Part shown: one piece after another, positions 51,668 through 63,621 of the stretch | How the letters are laid out: each line of letters begins with the position of its first letter | Numbering within the stretch: position 1 is the stretch's first letter | Assembly: GCA_039621445.1 (NCBI GenBank) | Contig: CP154954.1 | Location: forward strand, 19,330,642-19,394,641 | Direction: 5' to 3' | Source: Euglena gracilis | Taxonomy: Eukaryota | DNA length: 64,000 bases | Made by a program: the position numbers and the translations under genes | Notes under the pieces: model-generated | Database searches by the model: none | What the model saw: the letters and a program-made list of their open reading frames with translations, nothing else | What the model was told of the DNA's origin: nothing

Positions 51668-52102
51668 CAAATTGTGGCTGAGCCCAGATTTCAGCCTGAA
51701 AACGTGTTCAGCCAGGGGGTTCCCGAAGGGGGCCACCTGAACACGTTTTCAGGCTGAAATCTGGGCTCAGCCACAATTTGTTTAAAAACGTGTTCAGAGC
51801 CCGCCAAATGCCTGCCCTGAATTCGTGGTCATGATTCACGCAAGGGGTCAAAAACGCGAATTTGTGAAATTCGACCCAAGAAACAAATTGTGGCTGAGCC
51901 CAGATTTCAGCCTGAAAACGTGTTCAGCCAGGGGGTTCCCGAAGGGGGCCACCTGAACACGTTTTCAGGCTGAAATCTGGGCTCAGCCACAATTTGTTTA
52001 AAAACGTGTTCAGAGCCCGCCAAATGCCTGCCCTGAAATTCGTGGTCATGATTCACGCAAGGGGTCAAAAACGCGAATTTGTGAAATTCGGACCCAAGAA
52101 AC
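51668..52102 (+). repeat. ~216-bp direct tandem duplication
   Basis: CAAATTGTGGCTGAGCCCAGATTTCAGCC...ACCCAAGAAA occurs twice; each unit is internally palindromic. Confidence 0.92.
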
Positions 52103-52291
52103 GGCGCCCTCATTGAAAACGTGCCTGAACACAGATGCCTTAATTGAAAACGTGTCATTGCCACAGATGCCCTCATTGAAAACTGAAAACGTGCCTAACC
52201 ACAGATGCCTTCATTGAAAACGTGTCATTGCCACAGATGCCCTCATTGAAAACGTGTCACCCCCCCCCCCTTTTTCCGCAGCCCTCCCACT

Positions 52292-53080
52292 ATGGCGAAA
52301 CGCACGGCTAACTTTGTGAATGGTCTTTTACCACCTCCCCCTAGGACAGAACTGTTCCTGGCTGCTCTCACGGTATACCAGCAAGATGCCAAGAAGCCGA
52401 AGGTTGACCCCCTTCATGGCACCTTGCTGGCACAGGGCAACACAAAGAAAAAGTCCGGCTCCGTAGGTGCAGAGCTTGCTGCTGTTGCCAACTGTTTGGA
52501 GTTTGCCAAACTGTGTCAACATCGGCAAGCCTCTTATCCTGAGCTGGATGCTTTCTTTGTTGCCTGGACGGGATGGGAGCTGGAACCCAGCCTGTTGTTC
52601 GATGAGGCGAGCGTCTTTGAACAATGTGTGGCTCAACGTGAGCAGCAGTCGGGAACTTTGTTCGTTTCAGGGAATCGTTCGGCAACCTCTTTTCAGACAT
52701 ACGTGAATGCCGTCGCTCGGGCATTCCGCAAAACAATCGGTCGAAAATCAGGACCTGACCGATGTTTTGTCTGTGTTTCCCACCGCTGAGCAACGTTCCG
52801 CTCCTGTGGTCAGCAGCTCCGTTTCCTCCCCTGACCAACCCCCTGTCCCTTGTGCTGTGTCCCGACTGCCTATAAAACAGTAGGTTTTTGTGGTGTTCCC
52901 ATTCCCAAAAATCCAAATTGTGTGGAGCCGAACAAAGTTGTCTGTGACGCCTGTGGTTTGGCATATCATTTTCATTGCCAAGATTGCGGCGGCCACCAAG
53001 TTATGGCTCTTTTTTGTGTAAAGTGTGTCGTGTTCAGTGATGTCCGCCACTCTGTCTCGTTGTGCTCCAAGGCAACCTAG
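52292..53080 (+). pseudogene. 165-aa ORF followed by a frameshifted PHD-finger-like segment, inside nested repeats
   Basis: Non-repetitive ORF 52292-52789, then FCGVP...VVCDACGLAYHFHC...FCVKC* (Cys/His spacing of a PHD finger). Flanked by GCCACAGATGCCCTCATTGAAAACGTG repeats. Confidence 0.5.
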
Positions 53081-53571
53081 CCTTCTGTCGTGTTGTAGAG
53101 TGCCCCCGACCCGCCTCACTCGTTGAGGACCACCCGGCCTCGCAACCACCCGCCGATTTTTCATGACAGCGTTTTTTGCTTTTTACTCAGGGCTGCCACA
53201 GATGCCCTCATTGAAAACGTGCCTGAGCACAGATGCCTTAATCGAAAACGTGTCATTGCCACAGATGCCCTCATTGAAAACGTGTTCATGACCACGAATT
53301 TCAGGGCAGGCATTTGGCGGGCTGAACACGTTTTTAAACCAAGAGCATTGTTTTGGGCCAAGGTTTTAGGGGGGCCTGGGGGCGACCACGGCGCCTTCGG
53401 CGCCGCGGTCCCCGCCCCCAGGCTCCCCCAACACTTGGCCCAAACACAGTTCTTGTCACAGAGCTGGGGGTGACCTGGACGATGCCAGTGGGTGCCGGAC
53501 AGTGACATCGATGGCAGCGGGTCCATTGGCGTCAAACCGGGTGATGAACACGTCTCCAGGTCGGGTGCCAT

Positions 53572-54280
53572 CAGGGTTGATGTTTTTTTTAAAAAACAAC
53601 AACAAAAAAACATGTTTTTTTTAAAAAAAACACAAAAAAAAACATGTACCTTTTTCCTTGCGAAATGGCCATTTTTTGAAGAAAAATTTTCGGGGGGTGG
53701 TTTGGTCATCGGGGGTCACGGGGGAACATCACATTTTTTGGTGGCCAAATTAGGAATCACCGAAAACGAGTTTTTTTGGGAAAAAATCCTTTTTAGGCTC
53801 CAAATTAGGAATCCCCAACCTAAAATTAGCATTTTGACACCAAATTAGGCATCACCATTCCAAATTTTGCAAAATTTATGCCTCAAAAATAGGAATCTAC
53901 CTGAATATTTTGTCAAATTAGGCATCACCGGCAAAGTTTTTCAGAAAAAGAATGGCCGAAAAGGGTCCTAGGTCGGGTCGAGGGAGGGGTCACGGGGGGA
54001 ACACCCCCTCTAAAGTTTTCTTTATGTGTGAAAGTATTTCCAAATCTGTGTTTTCTAGTGCAAAAAAATCATGCTTTCAAACCCCCACAAAAAAACAAAA
54101 AATGAATGCTGCAGAGATAAAAAATGAACTTTTTTCTAAAAATTTTCCACCAAGCTGTACATGACGTTTTTTTTTAAAAAAAAGTCTTTTTCAAAAAAAC
54201 ACGTTTTTTTTTTAAAAAAAACATATTTTTTGAAAAAAACATGCTTTTTTTTGTTTAAAAAAAACAAGCCGTCAACCTTG
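53572..54280. mobile_element. hAT-type MITE (family B, opposite orientation, longer interior)
   Basis: Ends CAGGGTTGA / GTCAACCTTG; perfect 8-bp TSD GGTGCCAT. Confidence 0.93.
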
Positions 54281-55965
54281 GGTGCCATCCTCGGCTTTCT
54301 CTTCACGACGTGCCGGGAAGCCAACTCGCAAGGCTCAGGACAAAGGAGATCAGGCGGTGACTTTGGGTTTTTCGGGCGGGACCCCCCCCCACCCCCCCCC
54401 TCTTCATTGGAAATACATGGCGGTGAACTTCACCGGTGAACTTCACCGGTGAAGTTTCTCCAGTGAAATTCCTTTAGGGGCGAAGCCCCCAACCCCCCCC
54501 CCCCACCCCTGCCTAACCTCCAAAGCTTTGTACCACCCCATGCCGTCGAGTAAGGTTGTTGCGGTGGCAGCAGAAGAGGTGGTGGCCAGCTGTGTCAAGC
54601 GCACTCCTGCATCGTGGACATCCAAGTCTCCCTCATCCGATTTTACTACAGGAGCACCCAGGGTCCATTGGAGAAGGGCACCAAACTTTTGGTCGGAATG
54701 AGAGTTTTCACTCCTACTGGAGGGCATGCACATGCCCAGGCCATTGCATGCGGCCTTGTTTGGCAAGCAAACCGAACGGCGTCGGCTCCGGACAAGGATT
54801 GTTGCAGTTTCTTTTGGCACAAAACTGAGCAAATGTTTCCCCAATGTTTTTGTGACACCTTTTCCCGAGGTGGCTGTGCTGCACAGGTGAAATCTTCTGA
54901 AAAATTAACCAGATTCAACAGTTTCGAACCATTTGCCCCACCACCACTATTGTTTCGATTTTTTTTCGCAGATCAGGGGTCACATATACCGGCGTGCACT
55001 TTTTATGTACCAACACCCCCCCCTATTTGGCCGCCCTCCGGGCGGCCCGGACCCCCCTTCTGGCCAATTAGGGGGGGGGGGACAATTAGGGGGGTCGCTG
55101 AGCTCTTATCTCTTCAGAGTAAGAGCGAAGCTTACCACCCCTCCCAAACCCCCCCCTGCCCCCCCCCCGCCCCCCCCCCCCCCCCCCCTGAGTAGGCCCG
55201 GGCACCCGCGGATTATCGATGTGACCTGATTTCCGGACCCGAGAAGTTAATAGCCTATAGGTTAGGAGACGGTCCCTAGTTTGTCCAGAGCCCGTATTTT
55301 GCCCCCAACTCCCCGCCAGTCCGGAGATCTGGCCCGAGCAAAAAAGTTGTGTACCGTTTTTTTTTTCAAAGAACTTTTGTTGGACCGGCAACAGGGGGTC
55401 ATTTTTGGGGTCAAAAAATCGAAAAATTCAAAATATCTCGAAAACGCCGGGGAGTTGAGAAAAACCAAAGAGTACCTCATTCCACAACTTTGGGACGCCC
55501 TATCCACCGGTATGCGCGGTTTGGACCAACTCCCCGCCTGGGCCGCGATATGGCCGTTTTGTGGTTTCGCCAAGGAGGGACTCTGCCATTTGGAGCCCAA
55601 AACGGGCCAAAAAACCAGTTTTTGCAAAATATCTCCAAAATGGTGGGGAGTTGAAAAAAATGTCCGGAGACCTAAATTGAAGCCCTTGGAACGCCCTATC
55701 TACTGGTATTTTGATTTCCCCGCAACTCCCCGCCCAGCCCTAGATACGGCCGTTTTCAGGTCCAAATGGCCGTTTTGTACACTTTTCCCTCTATCCGACT
55801 TGGCCGTTTTCGGGGCAAAAAGTCGAAAAAAATCGAAAAAATTTTTTGTGCCCAAAACCATGTTTTTTGGCTTCCTGGACCCGGAAAAAGTGTTTTCGAG
55901 CCGAAAATTGGCGGTTTTCGACACCCAGCCCCTCATGGCCCTCATGGTCATGATGCGCATCATGC

Positions 55966-57368
55966 CCAATGATGGCCATCATGACCCATGATGGCCATCA
56001 TGACCATCACGACCAATGATGCCCATCATGACCCCGGATGGCCATCATGACCCCGGATGGCCATCATGACCCCGGATGGCCATTATGACCCCGGATGGCC
56101 ATCATGACCCCGGATGGCCATTATGACCCCGGATAGCCATGATGACCCCGAATGGCCATCATGGCCCCGGATGGCCATCATGACCCCGGATGGCCATAAT
56201 GACCCCGGATGGCCATCATGACCCCGGATGGCCATCATGACCCCGGATGGCCATCATGACCCATGATGGCCATCATGACCCCGGATGGCCAAAATCACCC
56301 CGGATGGCCATCATGACCCATGATGGCCATCATGACCCCGGATGGCCATCATGACCCCGGATGGCCATCATGACCCAATGATGGCCATCATGACCATCAC
56401 GACCAATGATGCCCATCATGACCCCGGATGGCCATCATGACCCCGGATGGCCATCATGACCCCGGATGGCCATTATGACCCCGGATGGCCATCATCACCC
56501 CGGATGGCCATTATGACCCCGGATGGCCATTATCACCCCGGATGGCCATCATGGCCCCGGATGGCCATCATGACCCCGGATGGCCATTATGACCCCGGAT
56601 GGCCATTATGACCCCGGATGGCCATCATGACCCCGGATGGCCATCATGACCCATGATGGCCATCATGACCCCGGATGGCCAAAATCACCCCGGATGGCCA
56701 TCATGACCCATGATGGCCATCATGGCCCCGGATGGCCATCATGACCCCGGATGGCCATCATGACCCAATGATGGCCATCATGACCCATGATGGCCATCAT
56801 GACCATCACGACCAATGATGCCCATCATGACCCCGGATGGCCATCATGACCCCGGATGGCCATTATGACCCCGGATGGCCATCATGACCCCGGATGGCCA
56901 TTATGACCCCGGATGGCCATTATGACCACGGATGGCCATCATGGCCCCGGATGGTCATCATGACCCCGGATGGCCATTATGACCCCGGATGGCCATCATG
57001 ACCCCGGATGGCCATCATGACCCATGATGGCCATCATGACCCCAGATGGCCAAAATCACCCCGGATGGCCATCATGACCCATGATGGCCATCATGACCCC
57101 GGATGGCCATCATGACCCCGGATGGCCATTGTGACCCCGGATGGCCATCATGACCAATGATGGCCATCATGACCCATGATGGCCATCATGACCCACGGAT
57201 GGCCATCGTGACCAATGATGGCCATCATGACCAATGATGGCCATCATGACCCCGGATGGCCATCATGACCCCGGATGGCCATCATGACCAATGATGGCCA
57301 TCATGACCCATGATGGCCATCATGACCCCGGATGGCCATCATGACCAATGATGGCCATCATGCCCAAT
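55966..57368 (+). repeat. Minisatellite (GATGGCCATCATGACCCCG)n with variants
   Basis: 19-bp tandem unit seen directly. Confidence 0.97.
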
Positions 57369-57709
57369 GGGGCGATGGCAGTACAGTTGGGGTTTTTTGG
57401 GGACCCCCCCCTCCCCCCCCCTGTACAGTTGGGATTTTTGGCCCCCCCCCCCCTAGTGCCGAACGTTCAGAGACAGATGGCCTTTTTGGACCAAAAATGG
57501 CCTTTTTGGACCAAAAAAAGGCCATAAAAATTTTTTCCGGCGCCTTTGGCGCCGGTTTTTGGCCAATTTTTGAGGGGGGGGGTTGGCAGTACAGTTGGGA
57601 CCCCAGGACCCTCCCCCCCCCTGTGTTGAGACAGTACAGCAAAAAGTGCCAAAAAATGCAAAAAAATCAGACCTCGGGAACCCCCCTCCCCCCCCCCTGC
57701 CAAAGCCCC
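57369..57709. mobile_element. MITE with 3-bp TSD (PIF/Harbinger-like) inserted in the minisatellite
   Basis: Ends GGGGCGATGGCAG / CTGCCAAAGCCCC with AAT on both sides; the minisatellite resumes afterwards. Confidence 0.75.
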
Positions 57710-59014
57710 AATGATGGCCATCATGCCCAATGATAGCCATCATGACCCGGGCCGGGCTGCCGGGCCGCCGCCGGGCCGCCGGGCCGGGCTGGGGGGGTCT
57801 CCCAAAGAGCTCAGCTCTACGTCACACCCTGGTTACCCCTAACCCCCCCCCCCCTAATTGGCCACCTGGACCCCGTCCTTCATAGTCGCGAACCCCCGTA
57901 AACACCCAATAAAGGCATTTTCCCTTGAAACCGTGTTTGGGCCGATTTCGAGACTTTAAAAGTCTTAAATCTTCGCCCAAAACACGGTTTCAAACAAGAA
58001 CAGTGTTTTGGGCCAAGGTTTTAGGGGGGCCCAGGGGACCACGGCGCCTTCGGCGCCGCGGCTCCCCCTAACTCTTGGCCCAAACACAGTTCTTGACACA
58101 GAAAATGAGTAACCCCCCCCCCCTATTGGCCACCTGGGCTCTGGCCCCCTCGCCATGGCGTACCAACCACCCTGTCCCCCATGTCCTCTCCTTGATATGC
58201 CACCCAAGGTTCCCGGGCTGTTTTTAAATAAGTTGTTTAAAACAGGTTTTTCCTATTTATAGTGTTTTATTTTAAAAAAACACCCTTTTTTAAAACAAAA
58301 AACCGTTTTTAAACCGTTTTTTACTCATGAAAGTTTTTTTGCTTTGTTGTAAAACAAAAAAAAACGGGAACCTTGCCACCAACGTCAGTGTAGCCATCTG
58401 TTCGCGACCAAAGATGAAAATTAACCGAAACCCATATGAATCCATGGAGCAAAACAGCCCTTAGGTCCCGACACACACACGCCATCCAACGGAAAGAAAG
58501 CACAACACACGCGCCCCCCCTCCCTGGCACCAGGGTTTGAATATAAAGCGTTTAAAACAGAAACAATTGCCCTTTTGATTAAAACACTGATTTTTTTCAG
58601 GGTTTTAAAACACTTCGCGATTCGCGAAAACGCAGATGCCTAATATTTCACTGGAAGACCGTGTATGCGGATTCATTTTTTCATGCAGATTGGCTTCATT
58701 CTTTCATACAGCCAACAAGCGAAGGCCCATCGTGGATTCAAGTTTTAAAAACAAGCTGCCAAACTTCAAGTTACAAGTTTCAAGGTCAAGGTGTGTTGCT
58801 TGAAAGTTAAGGAAGTCGAAAGAAAGGTGAATGAAGCAAATCGAGTTTGAGGTACTGCTGCAGAAGTTCGTGGTGCTGTGCTGCAGAAGTTATTGGTACC
58901 TTTTGGCAATTTCATGTTTCAGCTGTGCTTTGCCTTGCCCTGAGATCTGAGAAAATCTCTTTCAAACAGTTTTTTTTTGTCAACCCAGCAACTGAAACAT
59001 TCACCCCCCTGCCC

Positions 59015-59470
59015 CATTTTGGTGCCACATCTTGGAGGCCACAGATGGTGAAACATCTTGGCCACAGATGGGGAAACATTTTGGGTCCAGTTTGATGGCA
59101 CATTTTGGGGACATTTTGGCACATCTTGGGTGCAGTTTGGTGCCACAGCTGGGGGCAACGTTTTGTTGTCACACATCTTGGCCACAGTTGGGGGAAACAT
59201 TTTGGCTCCAGTTTCCTGGCACATTTTGGGGATTGGGCCACAAATCTTGCCCACAGCTGGCCCAGCTGTGGGCCAGAAATCTTGGCCACAGATGGGGGAA
59301 ACATTGTCCAGTTTGATTTTGGGGCCAGTTTGGTGCAACAGGTGGGGCAACATTTTGGTGCCACAGGTTGGTCACAGTTGGGGGAAACATTTTGTGAACA
59401 GTTTTTCTGGCACAACTTGGGCGGCCACAGTTTGGGGCGAGTTTGGTGCCCCAGCTTGTGCGCAGTTTTG
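59015..59470 (+). repeat. Degenerate tandem repeat (GCCACAG.TGGGGGAAACATTTTGG)
   Basis: Recurrent motif seen directly. Confidence 0.8.
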
Positions 59471-60339
59471 TTACCCGTCTCGGGCAAGTTTTGTGACACA
59501 GGTGGGTGGCCCTGATTTGTTCCGGGGTCCTGTCCAAAAACCCTGGGCCCAGATATTTTTCGGCGATGACCCCGTGTTTTGTTGGCCACTGGCGGCCTCC
59601 TCACACGGGCGGAGCGACGAAACCGGGGGTCCGGGGGTGGCCTTCCATACTGCAGCGTTAAAAGGCCTGCTGTCGTCGCTGCAGACCCCCTCGTGTGAAT
59701 AAAAAGCGACCTAAATACAAAATGTTTTTAACTCTGCAATAAAAAACGAGTTTTAAACGACAAACGACTAAAATACCGGGCGATGCCTGCCTGGCACATT
59801 ACCCTCACCCCCCCCTATTTGGCTAATGGGCTCCTTCATACCCCCAACCGGCCATTTCAATGGGGGGGGGCTCAAGGACCCCCACCCAATTTTTCCCCTG
59901 TGCAAAATTTGTCGATTGTTGTCCTTGAGAGACTCCGTGGGGCGTTGGAGATCAGGCAGTAGACTTTGGTCATTTTGTCCCCCCTCCCCCCCCCTATGGT
60001 GAGGTTCACCGTTTGAAAGTTCACCGGGGGTCCCGGCCCCCCTCCCCCCCCTCTGCCTAACCCATCGGTGAACTTCACCGGTGAAGTTCACCAAGAGAGC
60101 ACTTTTTGGCCAAAAATGGCCAAAAAATGACATTTTGGGCAAGTTTTCGGAAATTTCGATAAAATTCCATGAAGCATCAACCTCAAAATGACCATTTTGA
60201 GAGGAAAGAAGCAAAATTTTATCCATGAAAATTTCACCCCCAACCAGCAAAACGGTGAAGTTCACCGGGTTTCGCCAGGGGTAAGCTTCGCTCTTACCCA
60301 TAAAGGGATAAGAGCTCAGCGACCCCCCCCCCCTTACCC

Positions 60340-62900
60340 CCTAACCAGGTTTTGAATAGTGCTGAGCTCTTTATAAGCGCGCCCCCACCCCTTCATTGAC
60401 CCCGGCCCGGCGGCCCAACGGCCCGGCAGCCCGGCGGCCCGGCCGGCGGTCCGGACGGCGGCCCGGCGGTCCGGCCGGTGGCCCGGCGGCCCAGCGGCCC
60501 GGCCGGCGGCCCATCGGTCCGGCCGGCGGCCCGGCGGCCCGGCGGCCCGGCGGCCCGGCCGGCAGCCCGGCGGCCCGAAAAACGCTCGTTTTCGGATCAA
60601 AGCAGTTTTTCTGGGTCCGCGAGGCAAAAAGGCCAAAAAAACATCGTTTCGAGCAAAAAAAAATTTTGGGATTTTTTTCGACTTTTTTGACCCGGGGTCA
60701 TGATGGCCATCCGGGGTCATGATGGCATGGGGTCATGATGGCCATCTGGGGTCATGATGGCCATCCGGGGTCATGATGGCCATCCGTGGTAATGATGGCC
60801 CTCCGGGGTCATGATGGCCATCCAGGGTCATGATGGCCATCCGGGGTCATGATGGCCATCCATCATGGGCCATGATGGCCATCCGGGGCCATGATGGCCA
60901 TCCGGGGTCATGATGGCCATCCGTGGTCATGATGGCCATCCGGGGTCATGATGGCCATCCGGGGTCATGATGGCCATCCGGGGTCATGGTGCCATCCGGG
61001 GTCATCATGGCCATCATTGGTCATGATGGCCATCATTGGTCATGATGGCCATCCGGGGTCATGATGGCCGTCCGGGGTCATGATGGCCATCATTGGTCAT
61101 GATGGCCATCCGTGGTCATGATGGCCATCCGGGGTCATGATGGCCATCCGGGGTCATGATGGCCATCCGTGGTCATGATGGCCATCATTGGTCATGATGG
61201 CCATCATTGGTCATGATGGCCATCCGGGGTCATGATGGCCATCATTGGTCATGATGGCCATCATTGGTCATGATGGCCATCATTGGTCATGATGGCCATC
61301 CGTGGTCATGATGGCCATCCGGGGTCATGATGGCCATCCGGGGTCATGATGGCTATCCGGGGTCATGATGGCCATCCGGGGTCATCATGGCCATCCGGGG
61401 TCATGATGGCCATCCGTGGTCATGATGGCCATCATTGGTCATGATGGCCATCCGTGGTCATGATGGCCATCCGGGGTCATGATGGCCATCCGGGGTCATG
61501 ATGGCCATCATTGGTCATGATGGCCATCATTGGTCATGATGGCCATCCGGGGTCATCATGGCCATCCGGGGTCATGATGGCCATCCGGGGTCATGATGGC
61601 CATCCGGGGTCATGATGGCCATCCGTGGTCATGATGGCCATCATTGGTCATGATGGCCATCATTGGTCATGATGGCCATCCGGGGTCATGATGGCCATCA
61701 ATGGTCGGCGGTCCAAAACGGGGCGCTGGCGGGTCGAAAAACGCTCGTTTTCGGCTCCAAAACAGTTTTTCTGGGTCCGGGAGGCCAAAAAACATCGTTT
61801 CGGGCAGAAAATTTTTTTTCGATTTTTTTCGACTTTTTCGACCGGTTTTGACCCAAAGTCAATGGGTCGGCGGCCCAAAACGGGGCGCCGGCGGGTCGAA
61901 AAACGCTCGTTTTCGGCTCAAAAACAGTTTTTTTTCGTTTTTCGGGCAAAAAAATTTTTTCGATTTTTTTCGACTTTTTCGACCCGGTTTTGACCCAAAG
62001 TCAATGGGGCGGCGGCCCAAAACGGGGCGCTGGCGGGTCGAAAAACGCTCGTTTTCGGCTCAAAAACAGTTTTTCTGGGTCCGGGAGGCCCAAAAACATC
62101 GTTTCGGGCAAAAAAAAAAATTTCGATTTTTTCCGACTTTTTTGGCCGAAAACGGCCAAGTCGAACAGAGGGAAAAGTGTACAAAATGGCCTGAAATGGC
62201 CAAATTGGCCAAAAAAACGCCCGTATCTCGGGCTGGGCGGGGAGTTGCGGGGAAACCAAAATCCCAGGAGATATAGAGCGTTCCAAGGGCTTCAATTTAG
62301 GTCTCCGGACATTTCCTTTGATTTTGCATCATTTTCGAGAAATTTTGAAAGCATCGATTTTTTGACCCCCCACCCCCCGAAAACGGCTAAGTCGAACAGA
62401 GGGAAAAGTGTACAAAACGGCCAGCTGCGCCGAAAACGGCCGTATCTCGGGCTAGGCGAGGAGTTGCGGGGAAATCAAAATACCGGTGGATGGGGCGTTC
62501 CAAGGGCTTCAAATTAGGTCTCCGGACATTTCCTTTGATTTGGCTTCATTTTGGAGATATTTTGAAAATTGACATTTTTTTGGCAGTCCAAGGGGGGGGG
62601 CTCATCCAGGGGGGCGGGTAAATCCTACCGAGTTTGGACCCCTTCGCGCGTGAATAACTCGGGCCTGGCGGGGAGTTGGGGGTCAAACCCAGGTGATTCG
62701 GAAACTAGGAATCCAGTCGCTCGCGACAGAAGAAAAAAAATTCCGGGAACGGGGCCGGGATCATGGTGATAATACGTCGGTTCCCGAGGTGGCCCCGACC
62801 CGGGGGGGGGGGGGCGGGGGGGGGGGGGGGGCGAGGGGGGGGTTTCGCCGGTGGTAAGCTTCGCTCTTACCCATAAAGGAATAAGAGCTCAGCGACCCCC
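60340..62900 (-). mobile_element. ~2.6 kb element carrying an internal 19-bp minisatellite (copy 2, inverted)
   Basis: 62850-62900 is the reverse complement of 55089-55140, 60342-60370 of 57806-57835, and 62100-62560 of 55620-55900. Confidence 0.7.
60693..61700 (-). repeat. Minisatellite (CGGGGTCATGATGGCCATC)n
   Basis: Reverse complement of the array at 55966-57368. Confidence 0.97.
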
Positions 62901-63177
62901 CCCCCCTAACCCCCCCCCCTACCCCGTACCCCCTAACCCCCCCCCCCTAACCCCCCCCTAACCCCCTAACCCCCCCTACCTGCCAACCCCACCAGAAGCA
63001 GAAAAAGACCAAATTTTTTGATGAAAGAGCGGGTCGTATGCAACTGTCCGGCACGGCCGGTGAACTTCACCGCCGAAAGTACCCCCCCCCTCCACCCCGG
63101 TGAATGTTCACCAGTGAACTTCACCGGGGGGGTCCACAGCCCCCCCCCACCCCTGCCTAACCTCCGTTCTGTGTACA

Positions 63178-63621
63178 CAGGGCTGCATAGAGGTAGAGGT
63201 AGAGGTCAAAGGCCTCTACCTCTATGTCAACCACCTCTTCCTCTACCTCTACCTCTATGTCACCTCTATGTCTGTAAAATGTACCAAAATGGCCTCAAAA
63301 AGGGTCATAAAACACTCCATCTGCTCGGAAAATGGCAATTTTGCATGAAAACACATGCAAAAAGGCGAGGGGATGAGAAACAATATGTGGGTTGGTGATT
63401 TTGAAAGTTGTTGGCGCAGTTATGTGACCACATTGAGCAATTCTGAAAACCTTTCATGTATTTCTCCTTTGCTGGCAAAAAAATTCCTTTATTGAGTCAT
63501 TTTCCTTTGGTTTTTGACATAGAGGTGACATAGAGGGATAGAGGAGGTTGGAAAACCTCTACCTCTACCTCTACCTCTACCTCTACCTCTACCTCTATCC
63601 GTCTACCTCTATGCAGCCTTG
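63178..63621. mobile_element. MITE with (TAGAGG)n subterminal repeats
   Basis: Ends CAGGGCTGCATAGAGGTAGA / TCTACCTCTATGCAGCCTTG; 7-bp TSD GTGTACA. A related end begins at ~63653. Confidence 0.88.

Larger units (their letters stand above)
49976..54850 (-). mobile_element. Fragmented 3' part of an RLE-type non-LTR retrotransposon, split by nested insertions
   Basis: Pieces in order: RFACQTRPHAMAWA..P / FGALLQWTLGAP (54650-54800); zinc knuckle CPRCRSALDTAGHHLFCCHRNNLTRRH (54539-54620); EEKAEDGT|RPGDVFITRFDANGPAAIDVTVRHP (54330-54281, 53563-53485); QE|EDKIAKYGDPCKRRGWTFVPLVMD (50680-50170); WQGIGMALMRELARQL. Confidence 0.85.
55088..57840 (+). mobile_element. ~2.7 kb element carrying an internal 19-bp minisatellite (copy 1)
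   Basis: GCTGAGCTCT is inverted at the two ends; the body is homologous in reverse to 60340-62900. Confidence 0.7.

Noticed and set aside
55966-61700. CRISPR-like array
   Set aside because: The units are contiguous with no unique spacers, there are no cas genes, and the context is eukaryotic.
62900-62980. Telomeric repeat (CCCTAA)
   Set aside because: Only a few copies with irregular poly-C spacing, at an element terminus; not a regular array.
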